Positions 25,106 to 37,112 of a DNA stretch of 64,000 bases are shown one piece after another. Numbering within the stretch: the stretch's first letter is position 1; each line of letters starts with the position of its first letter. The stretch comes from Octopus sinensis. Taxonomy: Eukaryota. The position numbers and the translations under genes were made by a program. Under the pieces are notes generated by a model. It had not been told where the DNA came from. It worked only from the letters and a program-made list of their open reading frames with translations, and did no database searches. The stretch spans positions 12,400,001 to 12,464,000 of the forward strand of contig NC_043002.1 of the NCBI RefSeq assembly GCF_006345805.1. Reading direction: 5' to 3'.

Positions 25106-25185
25106 TATTATTATATTATTACTATCATCGTCATCGTCATCATCATCATCATCATCATCATTATTATTATTATATTTTATCATCA

Positions 25186-25240
<55 letters not shown>

Positions 25241-25255
25241 CATTATTATTATTAC

Positions 25256-25292
<37 letters not shown>

Positions 25293-25331
25293 TTATTATT
25301 ATTATTACTATCATCGTCATCATCATCATCA

Positions 25332-25368
<37 letters not shown>

Positions 25369-25373
25369 CATCA

Positions 25374-25409
<36 letters not shown>
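25014..25409. repeat. (TTA)n/(TCA)n compound microsatellite
   Basis: Direct inspection; source of the 269-aa artefact ORF. Confidence 0.95.
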
Positions 25410-25410
<1 letters not shown>

Positions 25411-25804
25411 GTTGGCATTTTCTGTTTTTATACTAATGTTTATTTGTTTATTTTGCTTTTTGTAAGTTTCATTTCTTTTTTTCAATTTGTAAATTTAATT
25501 TTCAAATTAGTTTTCTTCTTAAAGAAATTTTCCAGTTCTTATCTTATCGGCGTCTGTGTGTGTGTGTGTGTGTCTGTGTATCAGTACATATGTCCTTCTG
25601 TATGCATGCGTGTATATGGTTACATATTTGTGTGTATAGAGTTGTATATATGTGTGCACATGCGTGCATCTAAATCTACTCCTTGTAGTTCTGTGTGCAT
25701 TTGATGGGTTGGATGGGTATGTTTACACATACAAATATATTAAGATGCTCATCAGTATATGTGTTTTTCATTCGCACACTTTATTTGTGAATACTCTTAA
25801 GTGT

Positions 25805-25842
<38 letters not shown>

Positions 25843-26039
25843 GCGTGCTTCCGTGTTTGTGTCTGTCATTTGTACGTATATACACAGCTATGTGTGCGGG
25901 GTCTCTTTACATCAATTCGTGTGTATAGATATGTATAGTTATGAAGCTATATCTTTGATGGTTCAAAGTTTAAAACTTCGAAGTAAGCACCTGTGAAGGA
26001 ATAACCATATGTATATGTGAATATGTGTATTCAACAGTT

Positions 26040-27720
26040 TCGTAAAAACCTAACGGAAAAGTACATTCTGATGAGACTTGGGTGTTAAACTAGAATTTTT
26101 TAAGCTTATCTCAAAATTCAGAAGAGCAAAGCAATAGAGGAAACGTAGAGAATCAGTCACAATGTGTATAAACATGCCACATCCTAAAGATCTCAAATTA
26201 AGCCTGAAATATCAGGATTGTCCTCTGAAATACTTAGACTAAGTAACTTCGGTGACATATATCTAAATTCGATGCTCACACATATACCGAACCTCATAAG
26301 AGATTCCTCAGAGTATCTGCACCACCTAGCGAACTAAGCTGACTCAGGAACTCTTCTGGTATCACTTGATATAGTAAGTTTCAATCTCACGATTCCACAT
26401 TAATATACACTAGAAGCTATAAAGTTCTGGTGAAGATAATTCTCAAACTACTTACCAAAACTAAATATGAGATGATTTATCATTGAAGTATTAAAGTTCC
26501 CCTTACAAAATTACTGTCTTTCAATTTCAAATACATCTACAGACAAACCCCTGGGACTGTAAGGGAGACCAAAGTAGCTCCCACGTATATTAATTTCATT
26601 ATGACATACTTAGAAATCCAAATAAACTAACATTCCAGATTACATTTCTATAACTTGCATAACGTCAATAAGCAGTTACTCGCTAACTGAAAATGTTATC
26701 TGGATGATAATTTCCTGCTGTGGTTGCACAATCTGGACTAACTGTCATGTGTTTAAAATCTTAAATTAAGAAATATCACAGTATCCAATTTGCAACGGAA
26801 TATGCTAAAAAGCAACAACTTTTTGGATATCTTAATCATAAAACACCCGACATATACCTCAAACCAAAATAATCAAAACAATATGTACTATTTTCTTCGT
26901 GCCATCGAAAACATAGAAAAATAATTATACCTTTTAACCAGCTACGAAGAATGAGCACAATTGTATCTCAGATATCCAAGAACTTTAAATTATATTACGC
27001 GAAAGATAATCCAAAGTCACTTTAATCAAAACGATAGATCACCAAGAATTACGTAAAACAAGAAACACCCTTTATGCACTCAGAGGCATATATCATCCAT
27101 CATAATATTTGTATTTTGATGAATGACCTACGAATATAAAAATATCCCTTAAAATGCATAACCTGTGTCTTTAAATATCCACTTAATAGCGCCAACTTAT
27201 CCACCAAAATAAAGCCTCCAAGAGTTCAAAATTATAACCGTCCTAACTACAGAATCTGAACCAATGTCATCGGAACTCGACACATGAATTTTAATCGGGA
27301 CAAAGATTTCCCAAAAAGTGCCATTCCGCTTGTGCATCAAGAAACTTAATCTATGTTATCAAATACGATGTGTGTAATGAAGTCTACATAGGACATATAA
27401 AATTACCTATAAGACACTGAATGACATTCAACCAGCAACAAATACGAGATCAGAGAATTAGAAGAATACACTTGATTAAATATTTAAGTTTTTATGCATC
27501 AGATATTCATCATAAATGCAAAAGTTTCTTTTTATACCAATGCATTGGAAACATCTAAGGCCAATTCCGATTAAATATGGAAATATGTTTATTAACAAAT
27601 ATAGACCAAACTAAATACTTCAAAATTACTCAATGAAATGAAGAAACACAGTATATTCGGCTTAACTAAACGACTTGAAATAACAAAATAGCAAAATTAA
27701 ATCAAAAGTTGAAGTAACGC
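26040..27720 (+). mobile_element. Decayed Penelope-like element (RT + GIY-YIG endonuclease)
   Basis: NFKYIYRQTPGTVRETKVAPTYINFIMTYLE (~26523), CYLDDNFLLW (26694-26723), FLDILI (~26820) and CASRNLIYVIKYDVCNEVYIGH (27331-27396). Many stops and frameshifts. Confidence 0.85.
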
Positions 27721-28368
27721 AATATTTCTGGGATACGAAACCCTAACGTGACACTACTATGAAAGTTTCTTTTTATCGTTCTTAGAACTCCAATTTTCAA
27801 ATATGATCCTACATATTAAAATTTTTGGAAATTTTCAGTCCTAATTTTCATTCATGAATTTCACCTGTCCGCTATTCAAATATAACTAATATCAAATAAT
27901 GTTTCAAATAATTCTACCATGCGACTATTCTAAGGTTTTCCTTTATGCGGCGATTCTCCATTTTATTAAGCATTTGGCTTTTCGCCTATCTTAGTAACAA
28001 AGTATGAATATATCCATATAGTATGCAAATGTTATGTATAGCGAGTTTTCAACGTGCTTTTAGTTAATTCGATATAATAGTTTTAATGCTCGGCTCTTCA
28101 TTTGCACCAGAATTTTGAACAAGCAGATTCCCTGACCAAGAGAATAATTTCTTATGTTTGCAACGTTACATTTATGTTGAACACGTTGTATAGTAATTTT
28201 AGAATTTTGGTTCCTGTCGAAGATTTACTATCTGATGGCGTCCAATCAGCTGTAACTTACATTCACAGATTTTTAGTCAAATATTTTATTGTATGTCTAA
28301 ATATAGATGATGTTTGTTACTCCACAACATGAGAGAGTGTTTCTTGCTTCTGTTCAGTGTTATACAAA

Positions 28369-28399
<31 letters not shown>

Positions 28400-28447
28400 T
28401 ACACATACATACATACATATATACGTACATATCCATGTATGTATATT

Positions 28448-28490
28448 GGATAGATAGATAAATAGATAGATAGATAGATAGATAGATAGA

Positions 28491-28523
<33 letters not shown>

Positions 28524-28528
28524 TAGAC

Positions 28529-28590
<62 letters not shown>

Positions 28591-28648
28591 GTAGGTAGGT
28601 AGGTAGGTATGTAGGTAGGTAGATAGATAGGTAGGTAGGTAGGTAGAT

Positions 28649-28731
<83 letters not shown>
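28448..28731. repeat. (TAGA)n/(CAGA)n/(TAGG)n microsatellite
   Basis: Direct inspection. Confidence 0.95.
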
Positions 28732-28732
<1 letters not shown>

Positions 28733-28997
28733 AATTTCTTTATTAGTCACAGAGGGCCGAACACAAAGGGGACAAACATACAATGTAGATCTTTTCTTTT
28801 CGAAAATGCAAAAAGAAAAGGAGAAAAATAAAATTCCGATCAAAAGGGATTGTGAGAAAAATAATTATCAAAAGTGATCGTGTATCACAGAAAAAATTTA
28901 AAGTGTGAAAGGCAATATTATGTTTATCCGTGGAGAGAAAAGCCTACGAAAAGACCAAGGTAAGCTCAGGCAGGGAATAAACACATGAGAGCAAAGT

Positions 28998-28998
<1 letters not shown>

Positions 28999-29059
<61 letters not shown>

Positions 29060-29061
29060 TA

Positions 29062-29095
<34 letters not shown>

Positions 29096-29128
29096 ATCTC
29101 TCTCTCTCTTTCTTTCGATGAAGATAGT

Positions 29129-29193
<65 letters not shown>

Positions 29194-29200
29194 GGATGGA
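28999..29200. repeat. (CT)n followed by (TAGA)n/(GGAT)n
   Basis: Direct inspection. Confidence 0.9.
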
Positions 29201-29419
29201 TGGATGGATGGATGTACTGGCATCCCGTGGGGTATGACAACAAATGTGCTAGTAGATACAGCTTGCTCGTAAAGTTAACTTACAAGTGTATACCACAGAC
29301 ATGCTTATACTTAATGTTGTTCATTGGGACATCTAGCGTGACTGCCAGTTGTGTTGACTCGCCTTCAGGATTCGAAATCATCACCCTACGATCGAGAGTC
29401 GAATACTGTAAAAACTGGG

Positions 29420-29762
29420 AGAGGAGCCATTCAATTAGATCTACCCCAGTACGTAATTGGTTCTTAATTTATCGACCCTGAAAGGATGAACGGCAAAGTC
29501 GATCTCGGTGGAATTTGAACCCAGAACGTAAAGACAGACGAAATACCTATTTCTTTACTACCACACGGGGCTAAACACAGAGAAGACAAGCAAGGACAGA
29601 CAAAGGGATTAAATCGATTATATCGACCCCAGTGCGTGACTAGTACTTAATTTATCGACCCCGGAAGGATGAAAGGCAAAGTCGACCTCGGCGGAATTTG
29701 AACTCAACGAAATACGGCTACGCATTTCGCCCGGCGTGCTAACGTTTCTGCCAGCTCGCTGC
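29420..29762 (-). mobile_element. SINE family B dimer (new-tail unit joined to an old-tail unit)
   Basis: Reverse strand: head, central domain, AAAGAAATAGG|TATTTCG junction, second central domain, old tail. Confidence 0.88.
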
Positions 29763-29923
29763 CTATTATGTAACCTCATAAATCTGATTTATATTTTCTT
29801 GCACATATTATTGGCTTTGTTAACTACGCTTTATTGAAACAATTGTAGACCATGGACTAAGTATAGTACCAGAATCTTTATTTGCCATATACGTACATTT
29901 ATAAATACATATATGTAATTAAG

Positions 29924-29962
<39 letters not shown>

Positions 29963-30311
29963 ACAGGGTGTATGTGTGTATCCAGATGTATTCACATAAA
30001 TATACGCACGTACTTTCTCACTAATTGTGGGCCCGTACTTTTGAGGATATGGGTATTAATAAGCGTATCACGATAATATAGTCTTCATAACCGTTTATCG
30101 CCAGCCAACGCAATTGTGACTGATTACATTTGTGAAATATTTGGTAAATATCGTTATATCTGACACTTGTTTACACTTACTTTTCTATTATAACATTTAT
30201 CTGAGATATTTTTGTATTTTTACCGACTTATTTCCTTATTTTTGTTGTTATCGTAAACGTGGCTGTATAACTATAAGTCAGGCGTGATTGCTGATACACA
30301 TACATACATTA

Positions 30312-30355
<44 letters not shown>

Positions 30356-30597
30356 GTGAACGTCTCTCTCTCTCTATCTCTCTCTTTCTTCCTATAAGTA
30401 TATATACATATGTATATATATATGTATATATATATGTATATATATATAGTTGTCATAATGAACTCAAACAAAATAGTGGTAGTTTGAAATCATTTAATAC
30501 GTACGTTTCATTTCACTAGGAAAAGAATCCAGTTTGTACAATCTTCATCGGCTAAACTATTTGAAACATTTCAAGATACATATATATATAATATATA

Positions 30598-30648
<51 letters not shown>

Positions 30649-30769
30649 TCGTGTACATTTATTATGTTTAAATATATATATATCTTGAAATACATAATAG
30701 TAAATATATATCTTGAAATACATAATAGTAAATATAAATATCTTGAAATACGTAATATTAAATATATTC

Positions 30770-31700
30770 AATAAAATCGCCATTGGCTTCAACCACGGCC
30801 TCTAGTAACTCTTCTTGACGGTCTCCATGTTTAAGTTGGTAAACGCTGCCATAAACCTTGCCTTCAGTTCATCTTTGGTGTTACAAGGAGTTTTGTTGGT
30901 CTCTCGTTCAACTCTGCCCCACACATAATAATCGAAGGGGTTGCAGTCTGGGGTGTCAGGGGACCAGATGTTAGGGGTGATGTGATTACAGTAACTGTCT
31001 GATAGCCATGACTCGCTTCTCCTGCTTGTGTGGCATGAAGCAAAATCCTCTTACCAGACATGTCTTCTAGCAACCACCCTCTTGACCCAGGGCATCAGTA
31101 ACTACTCCAGGGACTAGATGTCGGCCTCCATATTGAGTGTGAGGCCGTGTGGGAAGATGAATGTAGGCATAACCTTGCGATCACTAGTGATCACTCTAAC
31201 GCCATGATGTTGACTGGATGTTTGATTTTTATCACTCTCAGTACATGTTTTGGTGACACGGCAAGCCAACGGTTATTTTGTGTGTTCATCATCAGGTTCT
31301 CTCAGAAAGTTTTATCATCTGACAAAAACCAAAGCATGTTCCGTTGCAGAGGATGCTTGAGTTTGTTCAAAAGCTTCGTAGCACGGTCTTTCCTCTTGTC
31401 CTTGAAGGCTTGGGATAAAAATTGGCCCTTTCTCATCTTGTATGAGGAATACCGAATGTCTTTATGCACTACCTGCCTGATAAGAAACTCAGACACTCCC
31501 ATGTCCCTGGATATGGACCTGATTGATGTGAAGGGATCATTGTCAATCATGGAGTGAATTGCATATTGGTGGCGTTTTTCTCACAGACTGTGCACAAGTG
31601 ATCCTGCTATACTGTGTAGTCAACAAAATTTTAAAAAAACAATGCACATGCGCGATTTTAAAAGTATAAAATGGCGATAATTTACCCATCGCACCCTGTG
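30770..31700 (-). mobile_element. maT/DD37D-type Tc1/mariner transposase remnant with one TIR
   Basis: IDNDPFTSIRSISRDMGVSEFLIRQVV...WFLSDDKTF, then IWSP..PDCNPFDYYVW in other frames. TIR CAGGGTGCGATGGGTAAATT ends at ~31699. Confidence 0.85.
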
Positions 31701-31925
31701 TGTGTATATATATATATATATGACAATAACATTCGTCCTAACCGGGACTGTCACATTATGTTGGCAAATAATCTTTACTTTAGAGTACTGCTATCGGATG
31801 CCTCTTGTTGAGAGATTTAGAAATAATAATTTTTCTATTTATTAGATTAGTAACTGTGTGTCACTTTGAAAATTATATATTTTCGAACAGAAGTTTGACA
31901 GTACCATCTCTAGCCGAGCAGCTAT

Positions 31926-31970
31926 TCTGTGCCGAGGAAGCGAAATAACTCAGAAACCGCGGTCCACAGA
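31926..31970 (+). ncRNA. Minimal type I hammerhead ribozyme, probably inactivated (U4C)
   Basis: TCTGTG | CCGAGGA | AGCGAAATAACTCA | GAAA | CCGCGG | TC | CACAGA: perfect 6-bp stem I, palindromic stem III ACCGCGGT, GUC site. Confidence 0.7.
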
Positions 31971-32274
31971 TATTGCTTTATGCTGAATGGGGATGCTAAA
32001 CTTCCCTATTTGAATATACAAGGACACAGATAGTATGTCGTATAGCCAGCAGGCGACGATGTTTTCTGGGGCTAAATAACAGTAACATTTGTCCCAACCG
32101 GGACTGCCAGGTTGTGTTGGCAAATAATCTTTGCTTTAGAGTACTATTACTGAATGTCTCTCGTTGAGAGAATTAGAAATAGCAATTTTTTTATTTATAT
32201 TATATATATTATATATATATAAACCATCTTACCCATGCATCGAAGACGGATGCTAAGCGATGATGATGAATGTA

Positions 32275-32477
32275 TGTCTCTTTTTGTTTCTCTTTGTTTC
32301 CCCACCGGTGTTATTGTGTTTACGTCCTCCGTAAGTTAGCGGTCCTGCAAAAGAGAGATAGGATAAGTATGCGATTAAAGAAAAGGAAATAAATGGTGGG
32401 GTCGATTCCTTTGCCTAAAAATCCTTCAAGGGTGTCTCACAGCATGGCCGCAGTCTAATGAGTGAAACAAACAAAAG

Positions 32478-32480
<3 letters not shown>
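32275..32480 (+). mobile_element. SINE family A 3' half
   Basis: GTTTACGTCC.CGTAA.TTAGCGG...GCATGGCCGCAGTCTAATGAGTGAAAC. Confidence 0.8.
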
Positions 32481-32532
<52 letters not shown>

Positions 32533-32577
32533 TATATATTATAGATTATGATATATATATAGGCGCAGGAGTGGCTG

Positions 32578-32610
<33 letters not shown>

Positions 32611-34308
32611 ATGTATATTTATGCATTATTTATGTATGCACATACACGCACTCTCACATACATATGCATGAATATGTAATGTCAAAACGAAATTAAAAAT
32701 GATAATATCATAAAGATAATAATAATATAATTAATAAACAAAAAAATAATACAATTGAATATAAATAATAAATAAGTAAATAAATTGATGGAAATGATAG
32801 ATAAAAGTAATTAATACACGAGATACAATAAAACACAGGGTAACATAACATAGATATTAAACAAAGAAATAAAAATACACAAAATTTATCGATAAAAAAT
32901 AATTTAATCATTAAATGTAAATTGAATAAATGGAAAAATATATAAATAAGAGAACTGGAATTAAAAATAAGAGAAAAATCGAAAATATAAGGCAATGTAG
33001 GAATTATTTTAATGGTTGAAATATAATAGCTTTAGAAATGTTTAATTTTAGGATTTATCAGATGATTCTTGCAAAATGTTTGTGATTATTTTTTGCGACC
33101 AATGTTTATAGATCCAGGTGTTTAGTCTGTCTGTAAGTGGACGTGTTGACACTTAGAGGACAGTTAAGACTTTTTGAGTAATATCGCAGATTTTTTATCA
33201 CTATGTACTTTTTATTTCTGTTGAGTAGAAGTGATATTTGTTAGATCGATTGGTATATAGGATATTTTTGCCGTCTTTTCTTTTTTTTTTAATTGTGTAT
33301 TTGATGACAATCAATGAGAATTCATTATGCTCATATTTTTTCAGGCTGCTGAAATATTTGGTCAACAAAGTAGTAACGTTATATTATGGATGCCGGAAAG
33401 AGTTTACGAGCTGTATATATCGCGTTTTAAAAGAATTGATTGCCAGCCTGATATGATTTCAATCTATCGCATAGACTGATGCCACTCTGGCTCGATATCC
33501 AAATGGCTTATGAAGGAACCCACCACTATATAAAGACGAGACAATAGGAGTAATATTACAATTACACATAAATTGAGTTTCAAGACCTTTTTCTGACTGT
33601 GTTTATATTTTCGCTTAACTTCCATTTTTGTTTATGTTATATATTTTATTGATCGCAGACTTTACAGTAGCGAGATTTTCGATATAACTATAATTAAATT
33701 TTTACTGTTTTTTTCTTATTATCATTAAAGGTTTTTTGTTTCTATACGTGCTGCGAAAATGATTACATATAAGATCTAGGAATACTTGCGCTTTATTAAA
33801 AACGATATTTTATCTCAAAGTATGCGTTAAATCGTGTAATTTTCCCAGTTTTTGATTATATGTCTGAGATACGTATTGAGTTTCAATGCATTTTCTTTTA
33901 TTTCCAATGCCACTCTCTGCTACATAATCCTTAATCAAAAGAGGCATTGGAGTGATCCTTTTACTAAGTTTATCGATTGGATTGTTAATTCTAGATTACG
34001 GAAGGATAACGTATATATAGCTTTTCCTTTTTATTCCCTTTTATTTGCCTCAGTCATTGGACCGCTGCCATGTTGTGGCACCACCTTGAACGATTTAGTC
34101 GAACAAAACAACCCCAGAACTTAATAGATTTAAAGTTTGCTACTTATTCTGTCGATTTCTTTTGTTACACAGTTCAGTTACGAGAACGCAAAATAATCAA
34201 CAGTGTATTGCAAAAGTGTTGATCAAATTACAATTTTCCTCTGAAGACATGGTTTTTTTTCTGTGATTCTAAAGTCGTCTACGTTACGATTATAATAAAT
34301 AAAATAAA

Positions 34309-34469
34309 TACGCCCTTTTAAAGCCTAGCCAGGCTTATGGGCCCGGTTTCCCAGTTTCTGTGAAGTATGTGTTCCCCAGCTGGACGGGACACCAGTCCAT
34401 CGCAGCGTTACTCATTATTGCCAGTGGGGGGACTGGAGCAATGTGAAATGAAATGTTTTGCTCAAGAAC

Positions 34470-34471
<2 letters not shown>
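34309..34471 (-). mobile_element. SINE (family C-related) fragment
   Basis: The reverse strand carries TGTGTTCTTGAGCAAAACATTTCATTTCACATTGCTCCAGTCC. Confidence 0.7.
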
Positions 34472-34512
<41 letters not shown>

Positions 34513-34587
34513 CTAGATAGCTAGATATATAGATAGATAGATATGCATACATACATACATGCATACGTACATATATACATACATACA

Positions 34588-34620
<33 letters not shown>

Positions 34621-34621
<1 letters not shown>

Positions 34622-34805
34622 GGCGCAGGAGTGAGTATGTGGTAAGTAGCTTGCTTCTCAACCACATGATTCCGAGTTCAGTCCCACTGCGTGGCATCTT
34701 GGGCAAGTGTCTTTTACTGTATCCCCGGGCGTACGAAAGCCTTGTAAATGGAATTGGTAGACGGAGACAGAAAGAAACCTGTCATATATATATATATATA
34801 TATAT

Positions 34806-34892
<87 letters not shown>

Positions 34893-34980
34893 TATGTGTG
34901 TGTATTTTTGCGTGTCTGCTTGTCACCCCACCATCGTTTGACAACTGATGCTGGTATGTTTACGTCCCCGTAACTTAGTG
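34621..34980 (+). mobile_element. SINE family A, 3'-truncated
   Basis: AGGCGCAGGAGT head, internal (TAGA)n, body to GTCCCCGTAACTTAG. Confidence 0.88.
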
Positions 34981-35146
34981 GGGACGTAAACATACTGCTA
35001 TATTAGCTTGGCGACAACTGTTAACATATATATATATATATATTATATATATATATATATGTAGGTCCCGGGTTGATTCGGGGTTAACCACAGTAAATAA
35101 GGTACTCAATACATAGCAGAGTAAAATTAATTTATTATATAGAAGG

Positions 35147-35197
35147 GGCTTCTACAGGACTAGAACTGTTTCATTCAAGAGAAATCTTCAGGAAGCT
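35147..35197 (-). ncRNA. Type I hammerhead ribozyme (left-arm copy)
   Basis: Mirror of 36440-36490; stem I is GCTTC/GAAGC. Confidence 0.75.
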
Positions 35198-35546
35198 AGT
35201 TAACAAGAATTGTATTGGCATTTATACATTTAGGCAGGTTTAAAGGGGTGGTGGTGGGGGACTTTTTGGGGGTAGGCATAGCGCAAAAATATCATACTTG
35301 GGGGAGTGGTCAAGGAGTCAGTGGTAAATTAGATAAAAGAATAAATAAAAGAATAAAAAAATATACATAGAAGAATAGAGTTTTAGGTAAATAAGGAGAT
35401 TCTCACTTATACCTATACACATATGTATACATATATACACATACACACACATATACATACACACATACATACACACACACACATATAATATATATATATA
35501 TATATAATATATACACATACACATACATACACATATCTACATATAA

Positions 35547-35577
<31 letters not shown>

Positions 35578-36048
35578 ATAATATATATATACATATATTT
35601 ACATATATATATATATACACATACACACACATATACATACACACACATACACATACATACACACACATACACATACACACAAAAAAATATATACATACAC
35701 ACACATACACATACACACATAGACACACATATCCACATACACACATGCACACACAACACACAAGTCCCTATATACACATATATACATATACACATATAAT
35801 ATATATATATGTTTGTATATATATATATATGTGTATATGTATATCTGTGTATATAGGGACTTGTGTGTTGTGTGTGCATGTGTGTATGTGGATATGTGTG
35901 TCTATGTGTGTATGTGTATGTGTGTGTATGTGTATGTGTGTATGTATATATTTTTGTGTGTATGTGTATGTGTGGTAGTGTGTGTATATATACATGTGTG
36001 TGTGTATATGTATATGCATATATGTGTGTATATATATGTGTATATATA

Positions 36049-36090
<42 letters not shown>

Positions 36091-36111
36091 GTAGATATGT
36101 GTATGTATGTG

Positions 36112-36162
<51 letters not shown>

Positions 36163-36439
36163 ATGTATGTGTGTATGTATATGTGTGTGTGTGTGTGTGT
36201 ATATATGTATACATATGTGTATAGGTATAAGTGAGAATCTCCTTATTTACCTAAAACTCTATTCTTCTATATATATTTTTTTATTCTTTTATTTATTCTT
36301 TTATCTAATTTACCACTGACTCCTTGACCACTCCCCCAAGTATGATATTTTTGCGCTATGCCTACCCCCAAAAAGACCCCCACCACCACCCCTTTAAACC
36401 TGCCTAAATGTATAAATGCCAATACAATTCTTGTTAACT

Positions 36440-36490
36440 AGCTTCCTGAAGATTTCTCTTGAATGAAACAGTTCTAGTCCTGTAGAAGCT
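36440..36490 (+). ncRNA. Type I hammerhead ribozyme
   Basis: AGCTTC | CTGAAGA | TTTC-TCTT-GAAT | GAAA | CAG-TTCTAGTC-CTG | TA | GAAGCT: intact core, 6-bp stem I, 4-bp stem III, GUA site after 36484. Position 10.1/11.1 is U.U. Confidence 0.8.
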
Positions 36491-36501
36491 CCTTCTATAT
36501 A

Positions 36502-36561
<60 letters not shown>

Positions 36562-36695
36562 ACATACATATATGTACATATATGTATATATATAATATAT
36601 ATATATATATTATATATATATATATATATATACATATATATACATATATTTACATATATATATATGTATCCTTCCGTTCTAGTCTTCGTTAGAAG

Positions 36696-36841
36696 TTAAA
36701 GAAAATCTCGCTCGTATAAATTTTCACAAACTGTTATTATCAAACGCTGCACTTTCGTAGTTTCAAATATGCCAAATTCATTCTTTTGCTTGATCAACTG
36801 CTCCAAGAGCAAGCCATTCTTCATTAAAGTAGCTACGATCA
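36696..36841 (-). CDS. Candidate terminal coding exon of an unidentified gene
   Basis: Acceptor ttttgtttgttttgttccag; phase-1 frame open for 47 codons (IVATLMKNGLLLEQLIKQKNEFGIFETTKVQRLIITVCENLYERDFL*). Confidence 0.4.
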
Positions 36842-37091
36842 CTGGAACAAAACAAACAAAATACGACAAAAAAATATGTAAATTAGAACTGTAAATAAGG
36901 AATACAATTGGATGAACTTTGAGGAATATTGCCTTAATCTTCTTTCGTGAAATAATCCCAGGCTGCTTGCTCTGCGAATTGTATAAGTAGAATTATTTTA
37001 AACAAAATTGATAAAAATTATTAGCAACATTATTAGGATTCAAAAATAATTCATTGCACTCTCAGGGATGGCGTCAAATTTTATCGCTTAC

Positions 37092-37112
37092 CATTTTCTT
37101 CAGCATTGGAAT
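37092..37112 (-). CDS. Candidate 21-nt micro-exon (28 nt with the alternative acceptor)
   Basis: gtttcagatttcag|ATTCCAATGCTGAAGAAAATG|gtaagc. It reads (D)SNAEEN and joins 36841 in frame. Confidence 0.4.

Larger units (their letters stand above)
35131..36506. repeat. ~1.4-kb imperfect palindrome (arms ~670-690 bp, centre ~35805)
   Basis: 35131-35415 is the reverse complement of ~36222-36506 with at least 3 substitutions. The inner microsatellite landmarks (e.g. CACAAGTCCCTATATACAC/GTGTATATAGGGACTTGTG) are also mirrored. Confidence 0.92.

Noticed and set aside
24895-25704. 269-aa and 187-aa ORFs
   Set aside because: Translations of (TTA)n/(TCA)n microsatellites. The same applies to nearly all poly-I/Y/L/H/T and YI/CV-repeat ORFs in the track.
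33345-33480. Acceptor plus 44-codon open frame (AAEIFGQQSSNVILWMPERVYELY...)
   Set aside because: No strong donor and no recognisable protein; not phase-linked to the other candidates.
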